From positions 1 through 51,121 of IMG/VR virus record IMGVR_UViG_3300033076_000672: a stretch of 51,121 nucleotides of DNA; one strand, 5' to 3'. A program made the position numbers and the translations under genes. Source of the DNA: a virus. Taxonomy: Duplodnaviria > Caudoviricetes. Shown piece by piece: positions 8,843 through 18,984 of the stretch. Each line of letters starts with the position of its first letter. Position 1 is the first letter of the stretch. The notes beneath the pieces are model-generated. The model had not been told where the DNA came from, searched no databases, and saw only the letters and a list, made by a program, of their open reading frames with translations.

Positions 8843-9075
8843 CCATTCGTGTTGACGAGCGTGTAGCTCGTTGTCTCGCAATTCTTAATTCCCCAGAGTT
8901 CAAGCCCCTGCTAGAATTTCTGGAAGGGCAACACACAGAAACGCTCAAGCGCCTGTGCGAATGCCAGCAAACAGATCAAATGCTTCGGCTCCAGGGCCGG
9001 GCATTGCAAGCCAGGGAATTCCTTGACTTGGTCGGCAGCGGAAGTTCGCTGCTGGCGAAAACCAGCAGACCCTAG
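8839..9075 (+). CDS. Hypothetical protein between portal and scaffold
   Basis: GTGA-coupled 78-aa helical ORF. Confidence 0.7.
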   Translation: MTIRVDERVARCLAILNSPEFKPLLEFLEGQHTETLKRLCECQQTDQMLRLQGRALQAREFLDLVGSGSSLLAKTSRP

Positions 9076-9184
9076 GCTGACCGTTAAGTCGGAGCCCGGG
9101 GTCTAAACCTTAAAACCCAGTAGTAGCTGACCGTAAGCGATTAGAGACAGACCTCCTGCAGGAGTCTCAAAGCGTAGTCGGAGC
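9067..9184 (+). promoter_or_regulatory. Tandem structured RNA motif in the scaffold 5' leader
   Basis: GCTGACCGT...GTCGGAGC occurs twice as hairpin arms, ending at the GAAGGAG SD. Confidence 0.5.
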
Positions 9185-9198
9185 GAAGGAGATAGAGA

Positions 9199-10149
9199 AT
9201 GGCTTTGCCTCGTGCGATCCAACAACAAGTTGAAGAAGCTGATGCCTTTGTGGCGCAGATGAACGGACAACCTCAACCCGCCCCCGCGGATATTGAGCCC
9301 AACCCAGACCCTCAACCTGATCCGGAACCACAACCGCAACCCATCTCACCAGAGCCTCAACCGAAGCCAGCGGTGTCTGAAGAGACGTGGGAACAGAAGT
9401 ACCACACCCTGAAAGGCAAATTCGACGCTGAAGTGCCTCGGCTGTACGCGCAGGTCCGCGAGATGAATGGTCAGATCCAGACACTCGTGGCCGAAAACGC
9501 CGCAGCCAAAGCATCGAAGCCCGAACCTACTCCGGCATCGGCGAAGACTCTGATCACTGAACAAGACAAAGAAGCATTCGGTTCTGATCTGCTTGATCTG
9601 ATCGACCGCGCAACTGAGCAAAAGCTTGCGGTTAGCCGCGATCTGGAAACTCAGCTCCGCGCAGAGATTAGCGAGTTGAAGGGCAAGCTTGGGAATGTGT
9701 CTGAGCGTCAAGTAGTGTCTGATAAAGATCGCTACACGAGCACTCTGGCAGCTCAAGTTCCTGATTGGGAAGCCCTCAACGTGGACGCCGGGTTCTTGAA
9801 TTGGCTTGCAGAGGTTGACCCTGTGTATGGCATGCCCCGTCAGTACGCGCTCACCAGCGCCTACGAGTCGTTGGATGCAAGTCGCACGGCAGCCATCTTC
9901 AACCAGTACAAGGCCACCCTGGCTCCCGCTCGGCAGACCGGCCAACAAGAGCTTTCGCGTCAAGTTGCGCCGACCCGCTCACGCACGTCGCCCGCACCTA
10001 GCTCATCTGCTGCTGACAAGCGGATCTTCACGCAAGCGGAGATCTCCGAGTTCTACAACGAATGGGTCAAGGGACGGCTTGATACTGCAGAGGCGGAGCG
10101 ATTTGAGAAAGAAATCAATGCCGCCATTGCCGAAGGCCGAGTTCGTTAA
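9199..10149 (+). CDS. Capsid scaffolding protein
   Basis: Pro/Glu-rich N-terminus, coiled coil, C-terminal AIAEGRVR; directly before the capsid gene. Confidence 0.8.
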   Translation: MALPRAIQQQVEEADAFVAQMNGQPQPAPADIEPNPDPQPDPEPQPQPISPEPQPKPAVSEETWEQKYHTLKGKFDAEVPRLYAQVREMNGQIQTLVAENAAAKASKPEPTPASAKTLITEQDKEAFGSDLLDLIDRATEQKLAVSRDLETQLRAEISELKGKLGNVSERQVVSDKDRYTSTLAAQVPDWEALNVDAGFLNWLAEVDPVYGMPRQYALTSAYESLDASRTAAIFNQYKATLAPARQTGQQELSRQVAPTRSRTSPAPSSSAADKRIFTQAEISEFYNEWVKGRLDTAEAERFEKEINAAIAEGRVR

Positions 10150-10206
10150 CTCCCCGGACATGGTGGTGTTCTGAAACCTGTTTTTTAAACCACAAGGAGC
10201 ATTTCC

Positions 10207-11229
10207 ATGTCTACCATTACCGCAGCAGCTGCGTATCCCGTTAACGCCGGTGGCTTCAACACCCCCGGCGGTCAGGTTGCCTACTCTGGCACCGCTTACT
10301 CGGGTTCGTTCATCCCCGCCCTCTGGTCCGGCAAGCTGGCCCAGAAGTTCTATGCCGCCACCGTGTTCGGCGAAATCGCCAACACCGATTGGCAAGGTGA
10401 CATCACCGGCATGGGCGACACCGTCGTGATCAACACGATCCCGTCGATCACCATCAACAGCTACAGCATCGGTCAGAACCTGGCCTATGAAGTGCCGGCC
10501 CCCAGCACCATCCAACTGGTGATCAACAAGGGCAAGTACTTCGGCGTGAACGTGAACAACGTTCTGGAACTGCAAGCCAAGCCCAAGCTGATGGACATGT
10601 TCACCAACGACGCGTCCATGCAGATGAAGATCCAGATCGACAAGGACGTGATGTACACGAACTTTAACCAGGGCGACGCTGCCAACCAAGGCGCTACCGC
10701 TGGTGCGATCTCGGGTGCTTTCAACCTGGGTACCGATTCGGCTGCTGTCACGCTGACCGCTTCCAACATCCTGCAGAGCATCACCGCCCTGTCGAGCGTG
10801 CTGGACGAAGCCAACGTGCCTGAGACCGACCGCTGGCTGGTGATCACCCCCACCGAGCGTCAGATCCTGATGCAGTCCAACCTGGCTCAAGCCCAGTTCA
10901 TGGGCGACGCATCCAGCGTTCTGCGCAACGGCAAGATCGGCATGATTGATCGTTTCACCGTGTACGTGTCCAATCTGGTTCCGCGCGGCGCTGCCGGTCG
11001 TACCTGGATGAACCCCAACACCGGTACCGACGCCGCTTCGGCTGGTGCTGTGAAGCGTCACGCCATCATGGCTGGCCACAAGTCTGCAATCACTTTTGCC
11101 TCGCAAATCGCTAAGGTTGAGAGCCTGCAGAACCCCAACGACTTCGGTACGCTGGTGCGTGGTCTGAACGTGTATGGCACCCAAGTGGTCCAGGCCAAGG
11201 GTCTGGCTCTGCTGGTCGCCGCGGGTTAA
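10207..11229 (+). CDS. Major capsid protein (HK97 fold, P22-coat-like)
   Basis: FIPALWSGKL, GDTVVI and VRGLNVYG motifs; highly biased codons; followed by a terminator. Confidence 0.9.
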   Translation: MSTITAAAAYPVNAGGFNTPGGQVAYSGTAYSGSFIPALWSGKLAQKFYAATVFGEIANTDWQGDITGMGDTVVINTIPSITINSYSIGQNLAYEVPAPSTIQLVINKGKYFGVNVNNVLELQAKPKLMDMFTNDASMQMKIQIDKDVMYTNFNQGDAANQGATAGAISGAFNLGTDSAAVTLTASNILQSITALSSVLDEANVPETDRWLVITPTERQILMQSNLAQAQFMGDASSVLRNGKIGMIDRFTVYVSNLVPRGAAGRTWMNPNTGTDAASAGAVKRHAIMAGHKSAITFASQIAKVESLQNPNDFGTLVRGLNVYGTQVVQAKGLALLVAAG

Positions 11230-11246
11230 ACTCCTGCTGGAGTGGG

Positions 11247-11269
11247 CGGGGGCTTCGGCCCCCGTTTTT
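11247..11269 (+). terminator. Rho-independent terminator
   Basis: CGGGGGC-TTCG-GCCCCCG followed by TTTTT. Confidence 0.9.
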
Positions 11270-11291
11270 GAATTAACTCTAGGAGTCTAAA

Positions 11292-11534
11292 ATGGCAATT
11301 CTCGACGATCTGATTGCGTCTGGCCTGTCGCTCCCGCAAGCACAAGCTGTTGTTACTGCCGATGGCGGCAACAATACTGCCGACTTGGTGGCTGCTGGCT
11401 TTTCGTACACGCAGGCTCGTGGTATTACCGCCTTGAACGCTGGCAATGCCACGGCTGATAACCTGACTGTTCAAGGCCTCTGGGCTGGTACGCAAGTTCC
11501 TGCTATTGAGGCTGCCTTGGCTGTCACTCCCTAA
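11292..11534 (+). CDS. Small protein with three DLxAxGxxxxQ repeats, probably virion-associated
   Basis: AGGAG SD; repeats visible in the translation. Confidence 0.7.
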   Translation: MAILDDLIASGLSLPQAQAVVTADGGNNTADLVAAGFSYTQARGITALNAGNATADNLTVQGLWAGTQVPAIEAALAVTP

Positions 11535-11542
11535 GGTAGCAA

Positions 11543-12229
11543 ATGGGCACGGTTACCGCAAAAACCATTATCGACAAGGCTGCTACGCAGCTGATCGACA
11601 TCGCTGGCGTCCGCTGGACGCGAGCCGAGCTGCTCGGTTGGCTCAATGATGGGATGCGGCAAATTGTGCTTATCCAGCCCAGCGCTAGCTCGACCACTGC
11701 GGCGGTGCAACTGGTTGCTGGGACACGCCAGTCTATTCCTTCGGATGGCTGGCTGCTGCTCCAGGTTTATCGTAATCTGGGTACCAATGGCTCGACTCCC
11801 GGCCGGGCCATTCGTATTGTTTCCCGCGAAGTCTTAGACGGATTCAACCCCAACTGGCACACAGACACGGCCAAAGCCGAAGTCCGCAACTACATCTACG
11901 ATGTACAAGACCAGCTGGCGTTTTATGTTTATCCGCCCAACACGGGCACGCAGTATATTGAGCTGAACTACTCAGCGCAACCGGCGAACCTGACTGCCGA
12001 GACGCAAACGATCCCGCTGTTTGATGTGTTTCAGTCGGCGCTGGTGGACTACATCCTGTACCGTGCGTGTAGCAAAGACGCTGAATACGCCCCTGGCTTG
12101 CAGTTATCTAGCGGGTATCTGGCAACGTTTACCGCGGCAATTACCGGCAAAACCGAGTCTGAAACTATAAACGACCCGACGCAAGCGCTGGGTCCGCGTA
12201 GCGTTGCTATTAAGGGTTCGCAATCATGA
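11543..12229 (+). CDS. Head-tail adaptor protein (DUF6682-like)
   Basis: RWTRAELLGWLNDG, YVYPP and LVDYILYRA motifs; position after the capsid gene. Confidence 0.75.
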   Translation: MGTVTAKTIIDKAATQLIDIAGVRWTRAELLGWLNDGMRQIVLIQPSASSTTAAVQLVAGTRQSIPSDGWLLLQVYRNLGTNGSTPGRAIRIVSREVLDGFNPNWHTDTAKAEVRNYIYDVQDQLAFYVYPPNTGTQYIELNYSAQPANLTAETQTIPLFDVFQSALVDYILYRACSKDAEYAPGLQLSSGYLATFTAAITGKTESETINDPTQALGPRSVAIKGSQS

Positions 12230-12873
12230 GCGAAGTTTCTTACGACGTCTTCCTGCCGGAGGTCATCCAGTACGTCCGTGACGTGCCGGAAATTGTGGCC
12301 ATCCAGGCGGTGCGCAACGCGGTTATCCAGTTCTGTGAAGAAACTCGCGCTCTGCAGACCAACCTGGACCCGATGGCGGGCATCCAAAACATCGCGGTTT
12401 ACGACCTTGAGCCTGACGGCGCGTATAAAGTCGTGGACATCATGGAGGCCTGGTATGGCGATCAGTTGCTGATCCCCAAGGCGGTGGAAGAGTTGACCCG
12501 TATTTACCGCACCTCCAATTGGAATGACCTTGATGGCAACCCATACTACTACTTCCGTAGCCGCACGCAGGAAGTCACGTTGGTACCGAAGCCGAAAATA
12601 ACAGCAGCAAATATGATCAAGTGCCGCGTAGCGCTGTGCCCAACCCGCGCCAGCAGCACCGTGGACAATGAGATTTTTGAGCGATACCTCGAGCAGATTT
12701 CTCTTGGCGCGCGTGCTCGTTTGTACGACACGCCCAACCAACCGTACTACGACCCCAAGGCTGCGCAGTTGTACTTGAAGCGTTTCAACGACGCGATGGC
12801 GGAAGTTCGCACGCGAGTCGCCAAGGGGTTGACCCGCGCAGCGGTGCAAATCGAATTCCAGAGGTGGGTATGA
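12226..12873 (+). CDS. Second adaptor-like virion protein
   Basis: AVRNAVIQFCEET, GNPYYY and VPKP motifs; coupled to the previous gene. Confidence 0.65.
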   Translation: MSEVSYDVFLPEVIQYVRDVPEIVAIQAVRNAVIQFCEETRALQTNLDPMAGIQNIAVYDLEPDGAYKVVDIMEAWYGDQLLIPKAVEELTRIYRTSNWNDLDGNPYYYFRSRTQEVTLVPKPKITAANMIKCRVALCPTRASSTVDNEIFERYLEQISLGARARLYDTPNQPYYDPKAAQLYLKRFNDAMAEVRTRVAKGLTRAAVQIEFQRWV

Positions 12874-13202
12874 CCGATAAGATCAAGCTAGTCAAAGATG
12901 ACACCCGCCCGGCGCTGGTGTGCAACATCACTGATGACACTACGGGTTTACCCTTAGCTATTACCGGTGCTACTGTGGTGCTGAAGTTTCGCGCGCTTGG
13001 CGCTACCACTTTGCAAGCGACTGTGCCGGGCACAGTTACCGATGGCCCAAACGGGCAAGTTGTGTTTTACCCCGCCTCTGCCCCGGCCATGCTGCAAGGC
13101 GATCCGGGCGACTACGAAGGAGAAGTGGAGATCACTTTCTCTGACGGACAAGTGCAGACTGTGTACGACGTGCTGAAATTTAAGGTCCGCGGGGACTTCT
13201 AA
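12870..13202 (+). CDS. BppU N-terminal-like Ig-fold virion protein
   Basis: DDTRPAL...ITGATV...GDYEGEVEITFSDG pattern. Confidence 0.65.
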   Translation: MTDKIKLVKDDTRPALVCNITDDTTGLPLAITGATVVLKFRALGATTLQATVPGTVTDGPNGQVVFYPASAPAMLQGDPGDYEGEVEITFSDGQVQTVYDVLKFKVRGDF

Positions 13203-14096
13203 ATGGGAATCACGGTCAACAGCGGTGCGACTGGTGCGAGTGTCTCGCAGGTTAAGCCGCGGCTGAGCGTAGCTGTCGTTGACCCTTCGGTTTCTGTGGT
13301 CCGTGTCGTTCCAGTGACGGCAGTTTCCTATGTACAGTTGAGTGTCGGAGCGGCGCTGGACACGACAGGGCGATTTAAGTATGTGGGGGATGTCGCAGTC
13401 CTGACGGACGGAACCTCGTTTGCGCTTGCCAAACCGCTGGCAGACGCTGTGGCACCGGTAGATTTGGCCGCGCTTAACTTCAGTCGTCCTGTTGCGGACA
13501 CATTTGCTTTGTCAGACGTCGTCCAGACTGTGCTGACGTTCATCCGCTCTTTCACTGACGCGGCTACACTTTCTGATGCGCAAGCCTTTTCTGTGGCAAA
13601 GGCCCTTACTGAGGCGGTCGTAGCGAGTGAAGCGTTAGCGATTAGCATCAGCAAACCACTGGCGGACACAGCCACAATCATAGAAGCTGCAGCTTTATTG
13701 CTGGCAAAAAGCTTTGCTGACACATTGACGATTACAGACACCGCCCAACAAACAGTTGGTAAGGTTCTGGCCGAGACTATCGCAGCTGCTGATGCTGCAG
13801 TTCTTTCTGTCGCTAAACCTGTAGACGACACCCAGCTTGTAGTGGATAATTCCACTTATAGCACCGGTAAAGCATTAGCTGATGGCGTCGGGCTCAATGA
13901 GCTGCTGTCATTCAACTATTCGCTGGCGTCCACGATCGACAACGTCGCGTTTACCGGGGACTTGGCGGCTCTGAGTACCAGCAAGCCAGTGAGTGACGCA
14001 GTGTCGTTTACTGATTCTGGGTTCATCCTGGCGCAGGATTACGTAGACCTGACGTACTTCGCAGAAGACTACGTCGGTACGGCAACAACTTTCTAA
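13203..14096 (+). CDS. Repetitive virion fibre protein
   Basis: Recurrent ~18-aa KxLADxxxxxD repeats; located in the tail module. Confidence 0.65.
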   Translation: MGITVNSGATGASVSQVKPRLSVAVVDPSVSVVRVVPVTAVSYVQLSVGAALDTTGRFKYVGDVAVLTDGTSFALAKPLADAVAPVDLAALNFSRPVADTFALSDVVQTVLTFIRSFTDAATLSDAQAFSVAKALTEAVVASEALAISISKPLADTATIIEAAALLLAKSFADTLTITDTAQQTVGKVLAETIAAADAAVLSVAKPVDDTQLVVDNSTYSTGKALADGVGLNELLSFNYSLASTIDNVAFTGDLAALSTSKPVSDAVSFTDSGFILAQDYVDLTYFAEDYVGTATTF

Positions 14097-14106
14097 GGAG
14101 GAGCAC

Positions 14107-14556
14107 ATGCTCAACGAAACCCTGAAAATCACCGGCGCGGTAAGCTTGAAGCTGCTGGACAAAGCCGGCAACGTCATTGACGAGCGCAGCATCCCTAACT
14201 TGGTGGTGGCGACTGGTAAGACTTTCATTGCCGCCAGCATGCTCAAGACCACGGTCAACAGCCCGATTGCTATGACGCATATGGCGGTGGGCACAACGTC
14301 CACAGCTCCGGCTGCTGGTGATGTGGCGCTTGGCGGCGAAGCTGGCCGAGTCGCACTGGGCTCTGCTACTTCCTCTTCCAACGTGGTGACATACACCGCA
14401 ACTTTCCCCGCGGGTACCGGTACTGGCGCTCTGGTGGAAGCCGGTATCTTCAACGCAGCCAGCGCTGGCACGATGCTGTGCCGCACGACCTTCTCGGTCG
14501 TGAACAAAGGCGCTGCTGACGCCATGTCGATCACCTGGACCATCACCGTCTCCTGA
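14107..14556 (+). CDS. Tail fibre/collar protein
   Basis: NLVVATGK, MAVGT and EAGIFNA...ITWTITV motifs. Confidence 0.7.
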   Translation: MLNETLKITGAVSLKLLDKAGNVIDERSIPNLVVATGKTFIAASMLKTTVNSPIAMTHMAVGTTSTAPAAGDVALGGEAGRVALGSATSSSNVVTYTATFPAGTGTGALVEAGIFNAASAGTMLCRTTFSVVNKGAADAMSITWTITVS

Positions 14557-14568
14557 TTGGAGTAGCCC

Positions 14569-17001
14569 ATGTCGGCAGCGATCACTACGCGGCAGACGGC
14601 TGGGACGGGGGCAACCGTTAAAGGTGCGCCCCTTACCAATACCGAAGTCGATACCAACTTTATCAACCTCAATACCGCGATCGACACCAAGGCCGCGCAG
14701 GGGGCAAACTCGGACATCACGAGTCTGACTGGTATCACTGGGGCCATCGGCACGGTTGATTACGTCGATTTCGACGGCGCAGCTACCGTCACGCTTTCCG
14801 CGGGGCGGATGTGGTACAACGCCGCTACAGGTTCGTGGAACCTCGGCATGGGGAATGGCAACATCACCCAGCAGGTTGGTGAAGAACTGTTTCTGTACGG
14901 CAAGGCTTCAGCCGCAATCACTGATTCGCCGTTGCAGATCGTCTATCAGACGGGTACGGTCGGCGCTTCTGGTGTTGTTACGTTCGCACCTACTGTTGCC
15001 GGCATTACCAATGGGGACTTAATCGTCGGCGTCGCCACTGAAAGTATCGCCCTCAATGCGTTTGGTCGGGTTACCACGTTCGGTGTCATCCACGGGATTG
15101 CTACTAACGGTACGGCGTACGGTGAGACCTGGCTGGACGGGGATACGATCTGGTACAACCCCACCACCGGGAATCCAACCAAGGTCAAGCCTGTCGCCCC
15201 GAACATCAAGGTAGCTCTTGGCACCGTGATCAACGCTGGCACCGGCGGTTCTGGTTCGTTCCAGGTTGAAATTAACCACGGCTCTGTCCTTGGTGGCACT
15301 GACAGCAACGTTCAGCTGACGTCTGAGGCTACCAACGACATCTTGCAGCGTTCAGCAGCGGGCTACTGGGTAAACGTCACCCCGGCAACGGCTCGTACAA
15401 ACCTTGGCCTTGCCATCGGTGCCAATGTGCAGGCGTGGGACGCCGACCTCGACGCGATCGCAGCGCTGGCAGGCACCAGCGGCTTTCTGAAAAAGACAGC
15501 AGCCAACACTTGGGCGCTGGATACCAACACGTATCTGACCGGCAACCAGTCCATCACTGTTTCTGGAGACGCCACGGGGTCCGGGGCAACTGCGATTACT
15601 CTGACGCTTGCCAACAGCGGTGTCACGGCGGGCACCTACACAAAGCTCACGGTTGATGCAAAAGGGCGAGTCACGACGGGTACGACTCTTCTTGCTTCCG
15701 ACGTTCCGACACTCAACCAAAATACTACTGGTACCGCTGCAAACGTGACGGGTACTGTTGCTATCGCAAACGGCGGTACCGGGCAGACTACCCAAACGGC
15801 TGCCTTTGACGCACTGTCCCCGCTGACCACCCTTGGCGATACGATTTACTACAACGGTACGGACAACGTTCGGTTGGCGGGGAATACCTCTGGGACCAAG
15901 CGATTTCTGACTCAGACCGGAACTGGAGCAGTTTCGGCTGCTCCCGCATGGGGCTTGATTGGAAACACCGATCTTCCTTCCGCCCTGACCGGCAAAACCT
16001 ACGACGGATTGACCCTGACTGCAGCCGCTACCGGCTTCACGATCGCTGGAGGCACTACTAGCAAAACGCTTACCGTCAGCAATACGCTCACATTGGCCGG
16101 CACTGATGCTTCAACACTGAACATCGGGGCAGGCGGCACATTGGGGTCGGCTGCGTTCACTGCGAGCACTGCCTACGCGCCGGCGGCAGGGTCGACCAGC
16201 ATCACGACGCTAGGTACCATTGCGGCGGGCACATGGCAGGGCTCCGTCATCAACTCCACCTACGGCGGCATGGGCGTGAATAACGGTGGCCGTACCCTGA
16301 CGGTGAACACCAACAGTGGCACATTGGTGTTCACCAATCTGTCCACCACGTTGACGATTGCCAATACTGGGTCAATTTCTGGTACCAATACAGGCGATCA
16401 GACCATTACACTGACCGGTGATGTGACGGGCTCTGGTACTGGGTCTTTCGTTACAACACTGGCAAATAGCGGCGTTACTGCGGGTACGTACGCAAGCCCA
16501 TCCTCCGTGGTGGTGGACGCCAAAGGACGAGTCACGTCAATTACGGCTGGTAGCGCGGGCGGCATCACAATTAGTGACGACACGACCACGAACCTTACCC
16601 GGTATCTGACATTTACCAGCGCGACTACTGGCTCGATTAGCTCAGAAAACGTGTCAAGCACGAAGCTAACGTTCAACCCCAGCACAGGCACGCTGACCGC
16701 TACAGCTATGTCCGCAAGCTCGGATGAAAGCCTAAAGACTGATTGGCGTGATCTGCGTTCAGACTTCTTGGAACTGCTCGCCTCAGTCAAACACGGCACA
16801 TACGATCGCCTCGATGCGCCCGTCACGCAAGACGGTGTATCCGCGCAATCCCTTCGCCCGGTGATGCCGCATTCTGTTGTGGAAAACGAAGACGGCCTGC
16901 TGTCAGTTAACTATGGCAACGCTGCTTTGGTGGCCGCAATTAAATTGGCGGAGCGGCTGCTTCAGCTCGAGGCCCGTGTTGGCAAACTCATCGAAGGATA
17001 A
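14569..17001 (+). CDS. Tail fibre with C-terminal intramolecular chaperone (peptidase S74-like)
   Basis: T/G-rich; duplicated SGVTAGTY...VDAKGRVT segment; C-terminal SSDESLK...GVSAQ...SVNYG plus coiled coil. Confidence 0.85.
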   Translation: MSAAITTRQTAGTGATVKGAPLTNTEVDTNFINLNTAIDTKAAQGANSDITSLTGITGAIGTVDYVDFDGAATVTLSAGRMWYNAATGSWNLGMGNGNITQQVGEELFLYGKASAAITDSPLQIVYQTGTVGASGVVTFAPTVAGITNGDLIVGVATESIALNAFGRVTTFGVIHGIATNGTAYGETWLDGDTIWYNPTTGNPTKVKPVAPNIKVALGTVINAGTGGSGSFQVEINHGSVLGGTDSNVQLTSEATNDILQRSAAGYWVNVTPATARTNLGLAIGANVQAWDADLDAIAALAGTSGFLKKTAANTWALDTNTYLTGNQSITVSGDATGSGATAITLTLANSGVTAGTYTKLTVDAKGRVTTGTTLLASDVPTLNQNTTGTAANVTGTVAIANGGTGQTTQTAAFDALSPLTTLGDTIYYNGTDNVRLAGNTSGTKRFLTQTGTGAVSAAPAWGLIGNTDLPSALTGKTYDGLTLTAAATGFTIAGGTTSKTLTVSNTLTLAGTDASTLNIGAGGTLGSAAFTASTAYAPAAGSTSITTLGTIAAGTWQGSVINSTYGGMGVNNGGRTLTVNTNSGTLVFTNLSTTLTIANTGSISGTNTGDQTITLTGDVTGSGTGSFVTTLANSGVTAGTYASPSSVVVDAKGRVTSITAGSAGGITISDDTTTNLTRYLTFTSATTGSISSENVSSTKLTFNPSTGTLTATAMSASSDESLKTDWRDLRSDFLELLASVKHGTYDRLDAPVTQDGVSAQSLRPVMPHSVVENEDGLLSVNYGNAALVAAIKLAERLLQLEARVGKLIEG

Positions 17002-17004
17002 ACC

Positions 17005-17361
17005 ATGATTGGACGTCTCATCGCCTTGCTGTTTCTGAGCCGAGAATTCGCGCATCGGGAACACCTACGCACAAAGTCATACGCCCAACACATGGCACTG
17101 GGCGCTTTTTACGAAGGCATCGTGGGAATTGCCGACTCAATCGCTGAGGCATACCAAGGCCGACATGAAATTATTGACATCCCATATCTGGATGCGCCCC
17201 CTAAAGGTGACGCTGTCTCCGTGCTTGAAAAACAACTGGCTGCAATCGAGAAGCTGCGATACACTGCGGTACCAAAAGAAGACACCGCGATTCAGAATCT
17301 GATCGACGAGGCTGTCGAACTGTACCTAAGCACGCTGTACAAGCTGCGAAACCTGAGCTGA
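17005..17361 (+). CDS. Ferritin/Dps-like four-helix protein (DUF5856-like)
   Basis: HREHLRTKSYAQHMALGAFYE...ADSIAEAYQG...NLIDE...LYKL pattern. Confidence 0.65.
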   Translation: MIGRLIALLFLSREFAHREHLRTKSYAQHMALGAFYEGIVGIADSIAEAYQGRHEIIDIPYLDAPPKGDAVSVLEKQLAAIEKLRYTAVPKEDTAIQNLIDEAVELYLSTLYKLRNLS

Positions 17362-17370
17362 AGGTAGGTC

Positions 17371-18087
17371 ATGCCAGTACTTTTTACAAACAACGCATCA
17401 GCCCCCCTAGCGGCTTCGATTTCCGCGGGCGCTACGGCAGTCACTGTCACGACCGGGCAGGGCGCGCTTTTTCCGGCCATTACGGCGGGAGCATATTTTT
17501 ACGCCACGCTAACTAACTCTAGCAACCAGCTGGAGATTGTGAAAGTCACCGCACGTTCGGGCGACATCTTGACCGTTGTTCGCGGGCAAGAGGGGACTAC
17601 GCCTCGTGCGTACGCCGCCGCAGACAAAATTGAACTACGGATTACGGCTGCCGGGCTTAATAATCTGATGCAGCTTGATGGCGCGCAGACTGTCACCGGA
17701 GTCAAAACTTTCTCTGATGGCGTCGTTGCAAACGTCACAGGTAATTTGACGGGAAATGTCACGGGAAATGTCACGGGTAATGTAACCGGCAACGCAGGTA
17801 CCGTAACAAACGGCGTATATACATCTGGTAGCTATGCAGACCCCGCATGGATCACGTCGTTAGCCGGGAGTAAGATTTCTGGGGCGGTCGCTACTGCGAC
17901 AAACGCGACAAACGCAACAAACGCGACAAACGCAACAAACGCGACAAACGCAACAAACGCGACGAGCGCGGGCAAGCTGTCCACGGGCAATTGGGCAGTC
18001 GAAGAATCTGGCGGCATGCTGCTGTTCAAATACGGCGGCGTGACAAAATTCCAAATGGATCAAGCAAATGGTTTTAGCGTTGTGTAA
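17371..18087 (+). CDS. Tail fibre-related protein
   Basis: NNASAPLA...EIVKVTAR...VRGQEGT N-terminal domain; NVTG and ATN repeats. Confidence 0.75.
   Translation: MPVLFTNNASAPLAASISAGATAVTVTTGQGALFPAITAGAYFYATLTNSSNQLEIVKVTARSGDILTVVRGQEGTTPRAYAAADKIELRITAAGLNNLMQLDGAQTVTGVKTFSDGVVANVTGNLTGNVTGNVTGNVTGNAGTVTNGVYTSGSYADPAWITSLAGSKISGAVATATNATNATNATNATNATNATNATSAGKLSTGNWAVEESGGMLLFKYGGVTKFQMDQANGFSVV
17896..17963 (+). repeat. 9-bp tandem repeat GCRACAAAC, 7 copies plus a partial (encodes ATN)
   Basis: Read directly from the sequence. Confidence 0.95.
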
Positions 18088-18096
18088 GGTGAAAAA

Positions 18097-18984
18097 ATGA
18101 CAGCAACTCTTAATTCGACTGGGGTACTTTTCCCAAATAATACGCAGATTAACACCGCAACAGTTTATATGCGTATGCGTACGTTTAACTCAGGGACCAC
18201 TTATGTAGTGCCTTCTGATGTTAATTCCTTTTTGGTTATGGTTTCAGGAGCAACTGGCGGCGGTAGTACTAACGCAAGTGGTGGTATTGGTGGTGCAGGA
18301 TATTCAGAAAAATATTATTCTGGAACCTTAAGCGCTAGCTACTCTTTTAGCATTGGGGCTGGGGGTACTGGATCTGGTACATCTGGCGGGAACACAACTT
18401 TTGATACTATTACAGTTACAAGTTCCGCTGGACTAAGCGCGGTAAGTAGCGCAGGGGGTGCAGGAGGTGTTGCTTCTGGAGGCAGCTTTAACGCCAACGG
18501 AGGCAATGGTGGTACGGGTGTTTCCACTAGTAGTGGCGGCGGCGGGGGTGGCGGCGGCGCTGGGTCTCGTGCAGGCGCCGGTGGTACTGGCGGTAACGCT
18601 AGCACTAACATGGGCGGCGGCGGCGGCGGCACTGGGGGTAACAATGGATCAGGCGCTACTGCGGGTATTGCCGCTACTACTATCTCAGGTACAGTGGCCT
18701 TGTCGAGAGCATCTCTTATTAGTTTACTTCAGCCAGGTGCTACTCCCTCTAATTACTCTGAGCAATTTCAAGCAGGAGTGTCGGGAGCACCTTATCCCGG
18801 TGGCGGCGGCTACGGCGGTGATGGAGCAGCGGGCGTGGCCCAGGACGCATACGGTGCATATACATCTTCATATGGTTTTGGCGGAAAAGCTGCATTCGTA
18901 AATAACGCAGGATGCGGTGCCTATGGCATAAACGCAAGAGTAGGTTCCCCAGGACAAATCGTAATTTTGGAGTTTTTGAAATGA
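18097..18984 (+). CDS. Glycine-rich receptor-binding/tail protein
   Basis: RTFNSGTTYVVP, poly-Gly stretches and C-terminal GQIVILEF; AT-rich codons. Confidence 0.75.
   Translation: MTATLNSTGVLFPNNTQINTATVYMRMRTFNSGTTYVVPSDVNSFLVMVSGATGGGSTNASGGIGGAGYSEKYYSGTLSASYSFSIGAGGTGSGTSGGNTTFDTITVTSSAGLSAVSSAGGAGGVASGGSFNANGGNGGTGVSTSSGGGGGGGGAGSRAGAGGTGGNASTNMGGGGGGTGGNNGSGATAGIAATTISGTVALSRASLISLLQPGATPSNYSEQFQAGVSGAPYPGGGGYGGDGAAGVAQDAYGAYTSSYGFGGKAAFVNNAGCGAYGINARVGSPGQIVILEFLK

Noticed and set aside
14569-18984. Diversity-generating retroelement acting on tail fibres
   Set aside because: No reverse transcriptase and no TR/VR pair differing at adenines; the internal fibre duplication is diverged at all positions.
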